A stretch of 64,000 nt of DNA, from assembly GCF_963853765.1 (NCBI RefSeq), contig NC_088861.1:19282001-19346000 (forward strand). Direction: 5' to 3'. This document shows positions 48,812 to 61,800 of the stretch, in pieces. The stretch's first letter is position 1, and every line of letters starts with the position of its first letter. The position numbers and the translations under genes were made by a program. The notes under the pieces were generated by a model. It had not been told where the DNA came from and did not search any database. It saw only the letters and a program-made list of their open reading frames with translations. The DNA comes from Magallana gigas (taxonomy: Eukaryota).

Positions 48812-50873
48812 TCAGCACACTCTGTACACGAGCTGAACACCTTGGATTCTGTTCCAGTACGGACACGGCGAACACTCGATTTTTGTCCATTTTCCGGCTT
48901 TTTCAAGGTCATCGCACAACGGGAAAAAAGAGTCTTTGTATTTGTCTAAGTTGGATAAACTCTCCATCCGGGCAACTATGCAGACGATGCCACCTAGAAC
49001 AAATTTAAAAAAAAGATGGTTACCAAAGGGGTAAAACACGTGTTTGTTGCATGTAGAAAATTTCCCTGCTTTGAGTCAAATTTCCTCTTTTTTATTTTTC
49101 GGTAATGGAATTTTTTGTTCATATACCATATCTTGATAGGGAGAAGGAATATGAATATTCATAATTTTTTTCTGTAAGTGCTTCATGTCAATTATTCGAC
49201 TCACCTGATTTGACCAATCGGATGATTTCTATCAGAGCTTCGCTTTCGATGTGATTCGCTATATGACTTCCAACAACTGTGACGATATCGTATGAGTCTG
49301 AAAGGAAAAAAAAAACCCACAGTCATTCAATTCATTCTGCATTTGCCTAAAATGAATTTAAAAACATCATAATCAATCTCTGATTAAGCTTATCAAACCA
49401 TGCCGTCAAATTTGCATTCCTATATTGAATGAACAATATAGAAAAAAAAGCACCCGTTTCATTGGGGTTTTTACCTGCGGGGATTTTGAGGGGTTCTTTG
49501 CCTATCGCATCACATATGTAGTTTCTGTAGATGCCCTTTTCTTGGGCAATATCCAACATTCCCTGGGATGGATCTAAGGCGTCTAATGTTTTGAATCCTT
49601 TCTTTAACATCTGCAGAGAAAACGAAAAGAAATATATTGATCTTTTTGGACATGAAAGAAAATTATGGGGCCGAAAAAATCCTAAATTCTTTACTTTTTA
49701 AAAGATTTAAAATAACACTTTTCCATTGTGTTAAAATATAAAAAAAGACGTAAATAATAAGACCGTCTATTTCCGTAACGGCAATATTTTCGGTCACGGA
49801 AGTACCCGAAGTGTACGTTGACGTCACGCTTACCTCCTCTGCTAGGAGCCCAGTCCCGGCGCCGATGTCAAGGGTCACCAGACTGGCTCGGTCTTTCTCG
49901 GGGAACAGTTTGGTCACCGCCTCGGCACAGCTATTAGGAGCCTTGTACCCGTTGTCTAAAACTACCTACACATTTCAAATATGAATAAATAAAATCTAGC
50001 AAGGAGTGAAGAACGAACGCGTTTTGGTTGATGACGATAGCTTATGTTCATCTGCAAACTACATGTATAACTGCAAAAATGTGAATATGTTTAGATTTTC
50101 TTTTTAATTCCAAAAATGCGTATTTCAAAATACTCTCAGTCATGATATCAAAGCAGAAACAATAGAGTGTCACGATTCTGTGTGGTTCTATGTACCTTGA
50201 ACGCCCCCCCCCCCCCCCAAGGAACATGAAAAAATGTTGAAAATTGCAATCTCATTGAGAAAACTTACTTCAATTACCTAATCTATATGACATATCAATC
50301 ACAATTCAATGTACCCACATTGTTGTATTGATACATGTATATATTAACGTTCAACTAGACAAGTCCTGCAGACAGAGAGCGTTATTTTCCGCTCAGTGTT
50401 ATAACGCTAAGAAGATTAACCATTAAAAGTTCACCTGTGCCTGCCCTGAAAAGATTGTCCAAATATGGTCAAACACCGTGCATGAATGTGTGCACCACCC
50501 GTATACATTTTCAGCTTTTTTCCGCCGTCTATTGATATGTTAAAATAACGTTCCGGCCTGACATTTTTCAAGCTAATTTTGAATGGAATCATTTCCGAGA
50601 TATAATTTGTTTATTGTCCAGTAAAATGATTTTTTTAATATTTTGAAAGAACTGTTTTTTAATTGATTTCAATTTTTGTTTTTATCTAAAATCGATTTCG
50701 TCTCGGAAGAAAACATTTCTTTCCTGTACCTGATCGTAGTCTTTGCTGACGTCATCGTAGGCCGCGTTCAGTTCATTCTGTGAGAGTCCGTCGGCGAGAA
50801 TCTTCCCCAGTAAATACTGCGCCTTTTTGTCCTCACTTGGTAGAGAGTATTTCTTTTCTGCTACTGAAGTCAT
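48812..50873 (-). CDS. METTL27/WBSCR27-like methyltransferase copy 4 (228 aa)
   Basis: Exons 50873-50730, 49965-49834, 49610-49475, 49297-49205 and 48993-48812, all GT-AG, total 687 nt. Motifs TLDIGAGTGL, DALDPSQGML, GSHIANHI, CSPCPYW. Confidence 0.88.
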
Positions 50874-52127
50874 CTGAAAATTCAACAAATGAAAATTACA
50901 CATTTTGTTATTATTTTCTAAGCATACAATTTTATTAAAAAATTAAAACTGTGTTTTTTTTCAAAGAAGTAGTTTTTGGTGCCAAACGACTTTTATTAAA
51001 GCTATACAGATTTTCAAAATAGGTGGCAATATTTAAATGCATAAACAAGAAGAAATGAATCATTTGTGAAAGTTGAAAATCGTACGAATTACTTTTGAAA
51101 TGATTCATTTCGAAATAAAATAACCTGCAAATTTTTATCTAATGCTATCCTTAATTTTCTGACTCAAACAAACACAGAAAGATCCTATTTCAAATCTTAC
51201 CTTGAAGATTTTAGAACTTTGAAAAAAAATTGAGATTGCAATAAAATTATCAGTCCTATCACAAATGGACACTATGCCGGACAGTAAAGATTTAAGGCCA
51301 CTGGACAAGAATTTTTCTTTTTAAATGCCCATTCAAACTTTACGGAAAATTACCAATTTTTTTTTCCCGTATAAGCGTAGTCTACATATACATGTCATAG
51401 TTTTCAAGGTCAGCCGGGCCTGACACGGTCTTCTGTCATGTGAAAAAAATCTCAAACCTGGGAACAAGGCGCCCTGTCATCAGAATGACCAGTATATGTA
51501 TATACACCGATAAACGGACACACAGGTAAATACCTGTTAACTGGGATGTGCGACATTTAACTTGCAAACAGAAATTTTCCTATCTCGGTACTGTATCTCC
51601 GCTTCCTCAGCGAGGAAAATATTTTTTCAAGAAAATGTAAAATGTTTGTGATGGAAGAGTCGTCTGTCTGTCTGTCTGTCTGTCCGTCCGTCTCTCTCTC
51701 TCCACACACACACACACACAAAGGAAATTGAATAGTGACACAAACGAAAATGCCAAAATGTGTGCATATAAGTTCAGACGAAGAAGTTATGAATAGATAA
51801 TCAAACATGCCCGCGAGCAGTGCTATTCCTATCCCCACCCCACTTCCACCAATCTCCCTCCCAGGTTCTTTTCCCATAGGTACATGTGTTCCAATTAATA
51901 ATCTGTATTAATAATCAGTATTATGCTGCAAAAAGACTCTATACATGAAAAAAAAAATGGAATTAAAAGTGAATTATAAAAAAGATCTTCTTCTGGGACA
52001 TGTTAGAAAATGGTGAACAGGTGATGACTTCTGAGGTAATGGATAAAAGGATTATTCATTACGTCTTTAGATTTGAAAATTCTACAAAAAGATATTACAA
52101 GACATTCATGAAATAAAGGATTAACTA

Positions 52128-52209
52128 CATCTTCCCAAGTCAAGGGTTTCTGATCCGCTCTGCTCTACATAAACCAGAGCGGATCAGAAACCCTTGACTT
52201 GGGAAGATG
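52128..52209. mobile_element. 82-bp palindromic mini-transposon with a 9-bp TSD
   Basis: Perfect 35-bp arms around a 12-nt loop. gattaacta is duplicated at 52119-52127 and 52210-52218. Confidence 0.88.
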
Positions 52210-52298
52210 GATTAACTAGCTATTTAAACAATCGGTGTTTATAATAATCTTTATCACTTAAAGTATTAACCGTATAGATCTAAATGTATTGTGTATGT

Positions 52299-52303
<5 letters not shown>

Positions 52304-52345
<42 letters not shown>
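52304..52345. repeat. (GA)n microsatellite
   Basis: About 21 units. Confidence 0.95.
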
Positions 52346-52350
<5 letters not shown>

Positions 52351-53429
52351 TTTCCACCTCTAACGCTGATTTAAATAGTGTGTTGAAATGTGATCATAAA
52401 AGTTATAGGAAACGAATTACATGTACTTAGAAAGAAAACATCTTTTTATAATTTACTTTAGTTCTAAAAATTATCCTAATATGGTACATGGTTTTTTTTT
52501 ACATTTTAATAATTTTAATCTGTACAATATAGGATTATTTCTTAAAGAATTGATGCTTGTAATTAATTAGGTTGAATTTTTTCTTGTTTATTGTGTGACG
52601 TCACGGACATCGGACAGTGCTGCACCTTTATTTGCATCTAAATTATTCAATGGTTAAAATTATGGAATGTTTCATTAATTCCTATGTATATGTAAATGTA
52701 TATTACCCATTGGTTGCATGTTAAATGGACCTGCATTATAATATAATTGAATTTAATTTAAAATAATTCGTTCTCTTTTAAATGTATTCGTGATAATAAC
52801 ATATTTCAAATATAGTTAATAGTTCAGATACTTCTAATAGAGAGAAAGAAAAAAGATAGATAGATAGATAGATAGATAAAGTTGTCGATTTGCGTTGGAA
52901 ACAAATCGCGTCAACATACTAGTATTCGGGTTTGAATATATCATTCCCTATGTTTGTAAGTTCACACTCATGATATCCCCCTAAAAAAAAAATTTTGATG
53001 CAACATGTAATCAATTAAACAATAAAACGCTTTTTCTTTGGTTATTAATGCGGTGTATTTACATGTATAGGTGGCAACATTGCAAAATAAAATACACAAC
53101 TCGAGACAGCGAATTATGTATTTTTTTTCAGCGATGATCGTTACCTCCATATCCCGCATGAATCCTCATAGAAAGCATTTTATAGTTTTACTTTATATTT
53201 ACATTTTTTTCTTTTAACAAATTAATAAATTGATTGTGAAAAGGGAGTAAATAAATCTAAATTATTGTAAATATTCATCAGTACGTTAGTTAAAAGAAAC
53301 AGCCAAATCGTCTTCTAAGGCAATTTAAGTCTGGCATGATTCATCAAGATTATTTTTTGCAGTCCGTGATTTTTCTTATAAAGATCTCTGTAACTCGGGC
53401 GTGTAGATTGTCAGTTTCTAAATAAGGAT

Positions 53430-53574
53430 TAAGGAATCGTTCTTTGAGTATTACAAGGTGATAATTTTGGTCGGGGCGTGATTAAATCCAATAAAGTCCG
53501 AAGGGCTTTATGATAGATTTGTTTACTCCCCGACCGAAATTATCACCTTATAATACTCAAAGAATGATTCCTTA
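53430..53574. mobile_element. Short element with long inverted repeats (MITE-like or inverted-repeat end of a larger element)
   Basis: ~47-bp IR taaggaatc(g/a)ttctttgagtatta(c/t)aaggtgataattt(t/c)ggtcgggg with 3 mismatches. The TSD is unclear. Confidence 0.7.
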
Positions 53575-53735
53575 TTAAAATATTAATATAATTTTAAGTC
53601 ATCGTATGATTAAATAATAAAATATAGATAAGAAAACCCCGCTGGTGCCTCAATTTGTCGTCATTTGAAGTTATGGGCTATATAATACAAAATCGATACG
53701 TAGTGTTATCACAAGCAAAGACACTGGAAAATGTA

Positions 53736-55129
53736 AATATGGAGCTATTTTACAATCTATTTTCGTAAGAAATAGACGGAGTCATACTTGGTGAATGTAA
53801 AAAAAATTTCGCTTTAATCAGCAATTTTAAAAGTGTGGGGGCTGACACAGAACTCTTGTCTGGTTTAAATGTATCTGTGTCACTGTTTCACTACTCTCCG
53901 GAAGAAAAGTACAGCTTTGTGCACTAAATAACACTGACCTTGTTTAGCATGTTACCAATCTGAACTCTCGACTTATCACACCGACCTTCGAACTGATAGA
54001 AGGGACATTCCTGTCCTGGTCAGATGTCCCTGTAACGGAGAGAACGGAAGATTTAAAAGTTTTTCTTAACATTTCCACGGGTGACTGTGGACAGTAACCC
54101 CCCCCCCCCACCCTCCTTTACCCGATTTACGCCCCATGCAGGAGGATTGACTCTTTCAACACTCAGAGTGATGGAAACCCCTTATCAATTTAAAGGGATT
54201 TTTTAAAAATTCAATTTTGATAATCTTTTTTAAAAAGCTGAAAAAATGCAGAGGATGGTTCTTAATTTATGTGGGTGCATTTGTGTTTAAGAAAATGATT
54301 GTCGATTTTGTGTGAAATTTTGCAGATGACAATTTTAAACAATGCTGACATCGAATAAACGTAGTATTTTCTTACATTAAAAAAATAATCATAAGCAATA
54401 GCTTTTATAGTCTAATTTAATAAAAGTTAAAACTAAGTAAAATCTCATTTACACTGAACAATTCTACTTTTTAAAATTTCTTCTAAAGAATATCAAATAT
54501 CGAATTAAAACAGCTTTTACTTTCTTGCGATTTTAGGTGGTCAGTTCATATAGATAAGTGAATATGCCATTGAAAAAAGGCATTAAAAGTTGTGCTGAAT
54601 GTTAAAATGTGTATTTATCACAGAGGTTCTGTCCAAATAGTATATATACGTGTATGAATTTGAAATATACATGTCATAATGAATGCACATATGATAAAAG
54701 CATAAGGGCACATATTTTTTTGAAAGTATACAACCATACTTTGCGACTTCAAAAACTATGTAAACTAAAAATCCTCTCTAAAAGTACTATTATCCTTTTG
54801 AATGCGATATGTAGCGTTTCCTGAGTTTCAAACACAATAAATTTACAAGATACACACAATATATCTGTTGTACATGAAGCTGAAAAGATGACGCATGTGA
54901 GGTCATATTCGATTGACTCGATATTAAAACGGTCATGTATACATGAACAGGTTGCGCTTGGAGTTGTGGGTGTTTTGGATGGCCAAGTGATATTTTTATG
55001 TAGAGGTACCCTGATATGCTTTCAAATTTTGACGAAGGTTTCTCTTAAACATTTTTAAAAGTCATGCGTCGGATGGGATTATTGCTTGAAAAATAGGGCA
55101 ACCAATGTCGACCTGTTAAGCTCCATATT
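53736..55129. mobile_element. Possible ~1.4-kb non-autonomous DNA transposon
   Basis: TA|aatatggagct ... agctccatatt|TA. The call rests only on a short TIR. Confidence 0.3.
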
Positions 55130-56005
55130 TAAAGCATGAGCTGTGTTTTTTAGAATTTTATTTAAATGCAAAGAATGCTAGTATGCTAAGTCTGCATGTA
55201 ACTTAAACTTTCACGATAAAAAAGAATTGAAAAAATCATTATAATGAATATATACCAATTCAATTTTTGTATAGGACGACAATAATTTAATTATGCTTCA
55301 ATTAAGGTTTTGTATCGGCTTTTCCCACAAAAATAAGGCTAACAGAAATTTAAAAAACCATGATATTTTTCTCCTTTTAGTAGAAAATAACATTTTCGTT
55401 AAAAAAAATTCAGCATGAAAACTGCAACTCATATTACTTTAATAAGGTGTTGCGTAGTCCAAAATGCGATAGGCTTTCTTATGATGGACACCTTTCCACA
55501 AAATTGAGATGATTCGAATTTAAAGAATGTTGATAAACTTAGCGAATGATTAATCAATTGATATCGTAAAAAGAACCCCATCAAAATTGAAATCATACGA
55601 TAACGTGAAAAAAAACCGAAAACAGTTTTAAGTTTAAACACGTGTAGCTTGATTTCATGGCGAAATTACGTATGTTATATGATATCGCAATAGTTTTAGT
55701 ATTAAAAAATATAATGCATGTAATATAATGAAGTGAATTTTATTGTAGGAAAATCTCGTTATCGCGTATCACAGAGAAAAGACAACGTTGACAATGTATA
55801 TATTTAGTCTATAAGAAAAACCAAGTGACTTAAAATTCACTGGTTCATTGCACGGAATTAGATCCACTCTTTAAACGCTCTTTCGAAAAAAAAATCCCAG
55901 CTATATACAATATGTATTTTATTACATAAGTTGTACCCTTACAAAAGCTGGCATTTGGTTTGTAAAAATGATTCAGCATATAAATATATAAAGTAGACAT
56001 TTTGA

Positions 56006-56250
56006 TTTTTAGCTCACCCGGGGCAGACAGCTATAGTTGACTATTCGTTATTTGTGTTATTGTGGTGGGGTTTTTTTTGGCCATCGTGGGTCTTGTATTA
56101 ACATTTTCAGCTTCATCTCTGCAATTACTTTGATAAAAAAATATTGTATAAAGCATCTACGAAGAGGAAGGGGGCAATAAATTATAACCTTCGTAAACCT
56201 AACCGCACGGGGGAAAAACTAGGGTACAGACTTTGAAATTCGATGCATTC
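56006..56250 (+). mobile_element. Degenerate 5' part of a CvA/Pearl-type HINE
   Basis: tttttagctcacc start followed by acattttcagcttcatctc, resembling the element at 62112. Confidence 0.35.
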
Positions 56251-56706
56251 GGTGGAAAAAATATTCACTCTTTTCTCTATTCTGTAAAAATATAAGAGAA
56301 AAGAACAATGTACATGCTTATGATCATTAAGACTACAATTGTAAAACATGGCTCCAAGATATGAGGTTCTGATGTAAGAGAGTGGGCTGTAATGGTCCTA
56401 TTGGAAGAAATTAAATTCTCTTGGAGTCTTCGAATGTAGATATGGTGAATGTACGATGACCAATTAATACAAGTTGAGAATAAATGTAGATTTCCATGTC
56501 CTCTTAGATTTTTTTTATCTCCATCGTTGTGCTTGGCAATGCAGCTCTCGGAAAAACAAAATGATATCAAATTTTCGATCGAATAATAATTTGACGAGGG
56601 AAAAATTAATAATGTTATCATCTTTTCGGTGGGTTAAAGTTCTTCAATGCATAAGAAAAACAAAAGCTTCGTTTTTGTATGAAAAACAAGACTTAGAGAA
56701 ACAAGA

Positions 56707-57130
56707 ATGGGGATTTTAGATCTTCCACAGGAAATTCCTCTGTCGATATTTTCATACGTTCCTCTATATAACATTTTCATCTCAGTTTAGGGAAAACATC
56801 TTGCACGGAGATATCTGTACTCTCACCATATCTTGTGGAAAGAAGTTCAATACAGCAAGGAGTTTGACGAAAGATTAACTAAAAGGAAACTACTTTCCGT
56901 TCCCAGACAAGTGTCTAGAGACATACATTGTCTTGATATAGCTTCTGCTTGCACAGAGAACGATTTCCCAAAGTTAATTCAATGACGTCGACATGAAGCA
57001 CATTCCTTTCTTTGCTAGAAACATAATCCATTCCTGGTGAATACATAGAGCCCCTTTTGCGAAAATGTTCAGGATATTCTATTCTCCGATTAGAAGTCGG
57101 GTTTTCTTATGTATATTGCAATGACGTGGT
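56707..57130 (+). pseudogene. F-box/LRR protein pseudogene fragment (intronless in this stretch)
   Basis: MGILDLPQEIPLSIFSYVP...HILWKEV fits the F-box consensus. It is followed by IHCLDIAS and, after a frameshift, FLSLLET*SIPGEYIEPLLRKCSGYSILRLE (LRR-like). Several stops are present. Confidence 0.55.
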
Positions 57131-57409
57131 GATTTTTTTTTTCAAATTGGGTCAAATTGTGCTTTAAAGATGTCCTTCTTGTATTCCGATCAAAAAACAT
57201 TTATTGAGAGACGCCATGAACCTTCTTCTCGCGTGAAATTGTGCCTGTAAGGTAACTTTAAGATTAAAAGAGCACAGATGCAATAGTTTTTGTGGGGCAA
57301 AATTCACGCTAATAAAAATACAGAAAACATTCAAAAAGACAAATAATTTGACAAATTAAATTGACAAATTTGACAAATAACCTCTTTTTTACACAAATAA
57401 GATAATTAA

Positions 57410-57700
57410 TTTGATTTGATTTGAACAATTTTTATTTTACAAAATAATAAATATTATTGGGATTGGACCCAAGTTACCACCCTCTCCCTATACGAACATA
57501 TCGATCATACAATATTAAGAATATGTTTATTAATATACACAACATAATCAAATCAATAAAATTTGCTAGACAGTCATGCATGTGTATAATTTTGCTTAAC
57601 AACCATGATAATAGTGATGAATTTGTGTCAGCCAGGTCACTTTGCAATCCCAAAATGTTGTATGGACAGAAACCCAAAACGGAGTACAATTTGTAATATA
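57410..57700 (-). mobile_element. Probable 3' remnant of a third LINE
   Basis: Minus strand reads gggagagggtggtaacttgggtcc...aaaataaaaattgt(TCAAA)3, a tail-like end. Confidence 0.35.
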
Positions 57701-58387
57701 CGTATGGTTGGGTTCCGAAGTGCATAGGAACGAAGTGCATTCATCCGAAACGTCGGGTTTACCTGTATTTACAGGAAAAAACACTTCCTCGATATAAGGT
57801 ATGTATCAATATGTCAGTAGTTTACAATGTAAATTGGTAATCGTAACGCAGTTGAAATCGATTTTGGTACTATTCATTTCTCTTTCGTTTTCTCACAATG
57901 CCTCGTTAAAAGAGAAAAAGTGATAATATTGATGTTTAGGTAATTATAAGAAATGAAAAATATCAGCACTTTAGCTACAGGTGTGGTAAAATGATGAAGA
58001 TATAAAACTTAAACGTAAATGAATTCCTTTAATAATCAATGTCATATATATGCATGTGTTACATGCAATCCATTCCCCTTGGGTTTTTTTAAATCCCTAA
58101 TTTTCTGAAAACAAGACTCGCTTTTTAATTTTTTACCTGGTGTGACTGAAAACACCCAACAAGCATGTATGTGTATCTATGTGTATTGACCTCTTAAAAA
58201 CTGGAAGTTATAACAAATTGTTGTTTGATAACTCTATGCATTGACAATAAGACCTTTTTTGAAAGCATGTATCCTACACAATTCAAAGTCTGCAGAGCCC
58301 AACATATTTTTTTTTATTCTGAATAGGTGGAATAGGCGGTCAGTCTTCCGTAAAAATGAATACCAATATCTCTGGTTGCATTAGTGT

Positions 58388-60037
58388 TTCATTTTTTCAT
58401 TTCATTTATTTATTCGCTCAAAACCATTTCAAACATATGGTACATGAGGACAAAAATAACATTAAAATATACATATAAATTGGTCAGAGGTAAACATATA
58501 TTAATATAAAGGTTATAGAGTTAGGAAAAGTTATACAAAGTGAAACTCATGGAGGACAGACTACCTCGTATATCTTTGTTATAAAAATGCACAATTTTCT
58601 CAGCAATTTCATGTTAAATGTTGTCATAAGATACGAAAATTTTAACACATTAGGTCTAGCTGAAAATTTTTTGTCTATAAACTTGTTCCGGACTTGTGAT
58701 ATTGCATCACATTCTAAAATATAATGAAATTCATCGGCTACACGTTTTGTATTACAGAGAGGACAAAATCTTTCATTTAATGGGATACCCTCCCATCTTC
58801 CCAGTTCAACTGGTAGATGGTGATTTGAAGTACGAAATTTACCAAGAATTTTTCTGAATTTCAGGGGTAAAATATCTAAATATATTTCATATCCAAAATT
58901 TGTTTTAAAAATTTTATATATTACTCCTTTTGATGAATTATTTATATCAGCATGCCACTTTTGAATAAATTGATCTTGTAATCTCTGTTTAACTGCCGTT
59001 GAAACCCATTTTTGGTTAACAATATTTAAAAACTGACTTTGCCAAATATTTGATAAACCACATGAATTAAAAACATGACGAATACAATCAATCCAAGGGT
59101 TAGTACTGGTTGTATTTTCAGTCTGATTCAACAAGTGCCGGTATAATATATTTGTAATGCTAGAATTCGTCCTAGAAAATAATTTACACCAGTATGATAC
59201 CATTCTAGTAAATACAATTACAGATAAAGGAAAACGACCTGTTTCTCCGTAAACCATATAGTTTGGAGTACTACTTTTTAAACATAAAATGTGCTTTAAA
59301 AACTTTAGGTGAACACGTTCAATACTATCAAGTTTTTCAAAACCCCATACTTCGCAACCATACAGCAATACAGGTACAACCATTTTATCAAAGAGTTCTA
59401 ACTGACATGCAACTGGTAGATTAAATTGTCTAATTTTTCTAATGACACCATACATTGCCTTTTGGGCTTGGTCACATAAATGTTTTTTGGCTTTTAAAAA
59501 AGAGCCAGTTCTTGAGAATATAATGCCAAGGTACTTAAATTCTTTAACAATTTCTAAAACTCTATCGTTAAAATAAAAAACTCTTTTACACATTCGTCCT
59601 TTGGAAAAAATTAATACTTTTGTTTTATCTATATTAACATTTAATTTCCACTCTTTACAATAACATTCAAACTCATTCAGTGCGTTCTGCAAATCATCGC
59701 CAGATTCCGCCAAGATAACAGTATCGTCTGCATAAAGAAGTACAAGCAGTTTTATATATATACATAATTCATTTTCTACTGATGTGGTAAAACTTTGCAG
59801 ACCAGCAATATTTTTTTCAACAAGATAATTTTCTAAATCATTTATGTATAATGAAAACAAAAATGGTGACAAATTTTCGCCTTGGCGGACTCCAATATTA
59901 CAACAAAAAAAGTCGGATACCGTGCCATTCATCTTGATGAGTGATTTAATACCTTTATACATATTTGTAATATATTTAAAACATTTACCATTAATACCAT
60001 AATTTAAGAGCTTGCACCATAAACCATAAACCATTTG
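58388..60037 (-). mobile_element. 5'-truncated CR1/L2-group LINE with an open 495-codon RT C-terminal ORF (58547-60034)
   Basis: Motifs GLWCKLL, GVRQGENLSPFLF, YADD, FKYLG, ETGRFPL, CPLC...DEFHYILEC. The 3' tail is aataaataaatgaaatgaaa. The break falls inside the RT domain. Confidence 0.92.
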
Positions 60038-60399
60038 TTGAATGTGTAGTTTTCAGAAAACAAGCTGCTAAGGTCATATTCTTCAAAACTCATTTTCAGA
60101 AATCAGCAAACTTTTTAAATGTTTAGATCTGTATGGATATTGTTTTTGACAGAGAGTAAGTCTTCAAAAGTTCATCATTTAGTGATAATGCCATCATGTA
60201 AAATTTGGGCTTTTTTAAAATCAAAGATTTATATATTATTCAAAGAGACATGGTTTCAGCTCAATTTACCTTTTAATTTTTCTTTAATTTTCTGTTTCAA
60301 TCTTATTCATAATTTATAATGTTCAATACAAATTTAATGTCAGTTGTAGAGTTCGAGCGAGACACAGAGTTCACAATTGTTATGTATGGTGACATATCT

Positions 60400-60970
60400 C
60401 TGCCCCTTGTGTGCAAGTCATTTTTCTATCAAATGTGTCGACATGCAAGATAAATATGTTGACATGCAAGATAGTTATGTCAACATACAACATAACTATG
60501 TTGACATTCAAGAAAATTGAAATATAAAATAAATTATAAAAAATCACAAATATCGCCAACATGTGACATCTAAGATACTAGATACGTTACCTATTGATGT
60601 CAACATGCAACTTATTTATGTTAACATGCACCTTCTTTATGTTGACATGCAACTTCTTTATGTCGACATGAAACTTAGCTATGTTGACATGCGAGGTGAA
60701 TATGTTGACATGCAACATATTGATGTCGACATGCAACTTAGTTATGTTGATATACACCTTATAAGTTGCATGTCAACATATTTATCTCGCATGTAAACAT
60801 AACTAAGTTGCATGTCAACATATTCATCTCGCATGTCAACATAAGTAAGTTGCATGTTGACATAAATAAATTGCATGTCGACATACATAAGTTCCATGTC
60901 GACATAAATAAGTTTGATGTCAGCAAATTGATCCTGAATGTTTACATAAATAAGTTGCATGTCGACATAA
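60400..60970. repeat. ~21-bp GTTGACATGCAA-core arrays in head-to-head orientation (foldback MITE-like)
   Basis: Forward units tatgttgacatgcaactt run to ~60750 and reverse units aagttgcatgtcaacata run from ~60762. Confidence 0.85.
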
Positions 60971-61482
60971 AAAGGTGGAATTTAGCATTGATATATTGTT
61001 GAAATTTTTTATCTATCTATGTACTTTTCTATTATTTGCAATTTTATGATCAACACAATTAAACAAGTTTCCTATATTTTCCACGAATCATTTTTTTTCA
61101 AAGCATAGAGAAATGTTTTCATTGGCAAAATAAGTACGAGACTTGCATACGTGACCATTCATTTTCTGGGTTTTGCTCAGAATTTACCCAAAATACAGTT
61201 GGTAAGGGATAAAGAGTTACCCCAAGACATGTTTCTATAAGTCGAAATATATGTCTATTTTTGCTATTTTATAAACAATTACTGTTACATTATTAAAAAA
61301 AATGTTTATATAGGTAGATAGTCAACGAATTGATTATTTCTTACCTTTAAAATCACATAGCGTGAAATAGCCATGTTTACGTAGAACGTTACTCTGGTGA
61401 AAAGTAATGAGACCAATGAGCGAAAAGACCGGTTTATATTGCTACATAAATGAACTATTGATGAGAAAATGTACATGCAAAA

Positions 61483-61800
61483 GAGCAACATATGTGCAAA
61501 ATGGTTGATTTCGGTATAAAATCGCACAATGATTTAGTTAAAAATTAATTCCAAATTTGAATTCTTCATTCCAAAACAATTAACATGCAGAGCACCATAT
61601 GTGCAACTTGGTTTATTGTATTATAAAACACGCAAAGATTTAGTTACAAAATGATTCTATATCTAATTCCACATTTCTCAAAAAATTACATGCTAAAGAG
61701 CACCATGTGTGCAACGAGGTTGATTTTGAAAAAAATCACGCTCATATTTAGTTACAAAATGATTCTATATTCTAACTCCAGATTGTTCAAAACACCTAAA
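61483..61800. repeat. Degenerate ~108-bp tandem repeat, 3 units
   Basis: gagca(a/c)cat(a/g)tgtgcaa...atttagtta at 61483, 61590 and 61698. Confidence 0.75.

Noticed and set aside
60380-61002. ORFs rich in YVDM/HVNI repeats
   Set aside because: They are translations of the 21-bp non-coding repeat on both strands.
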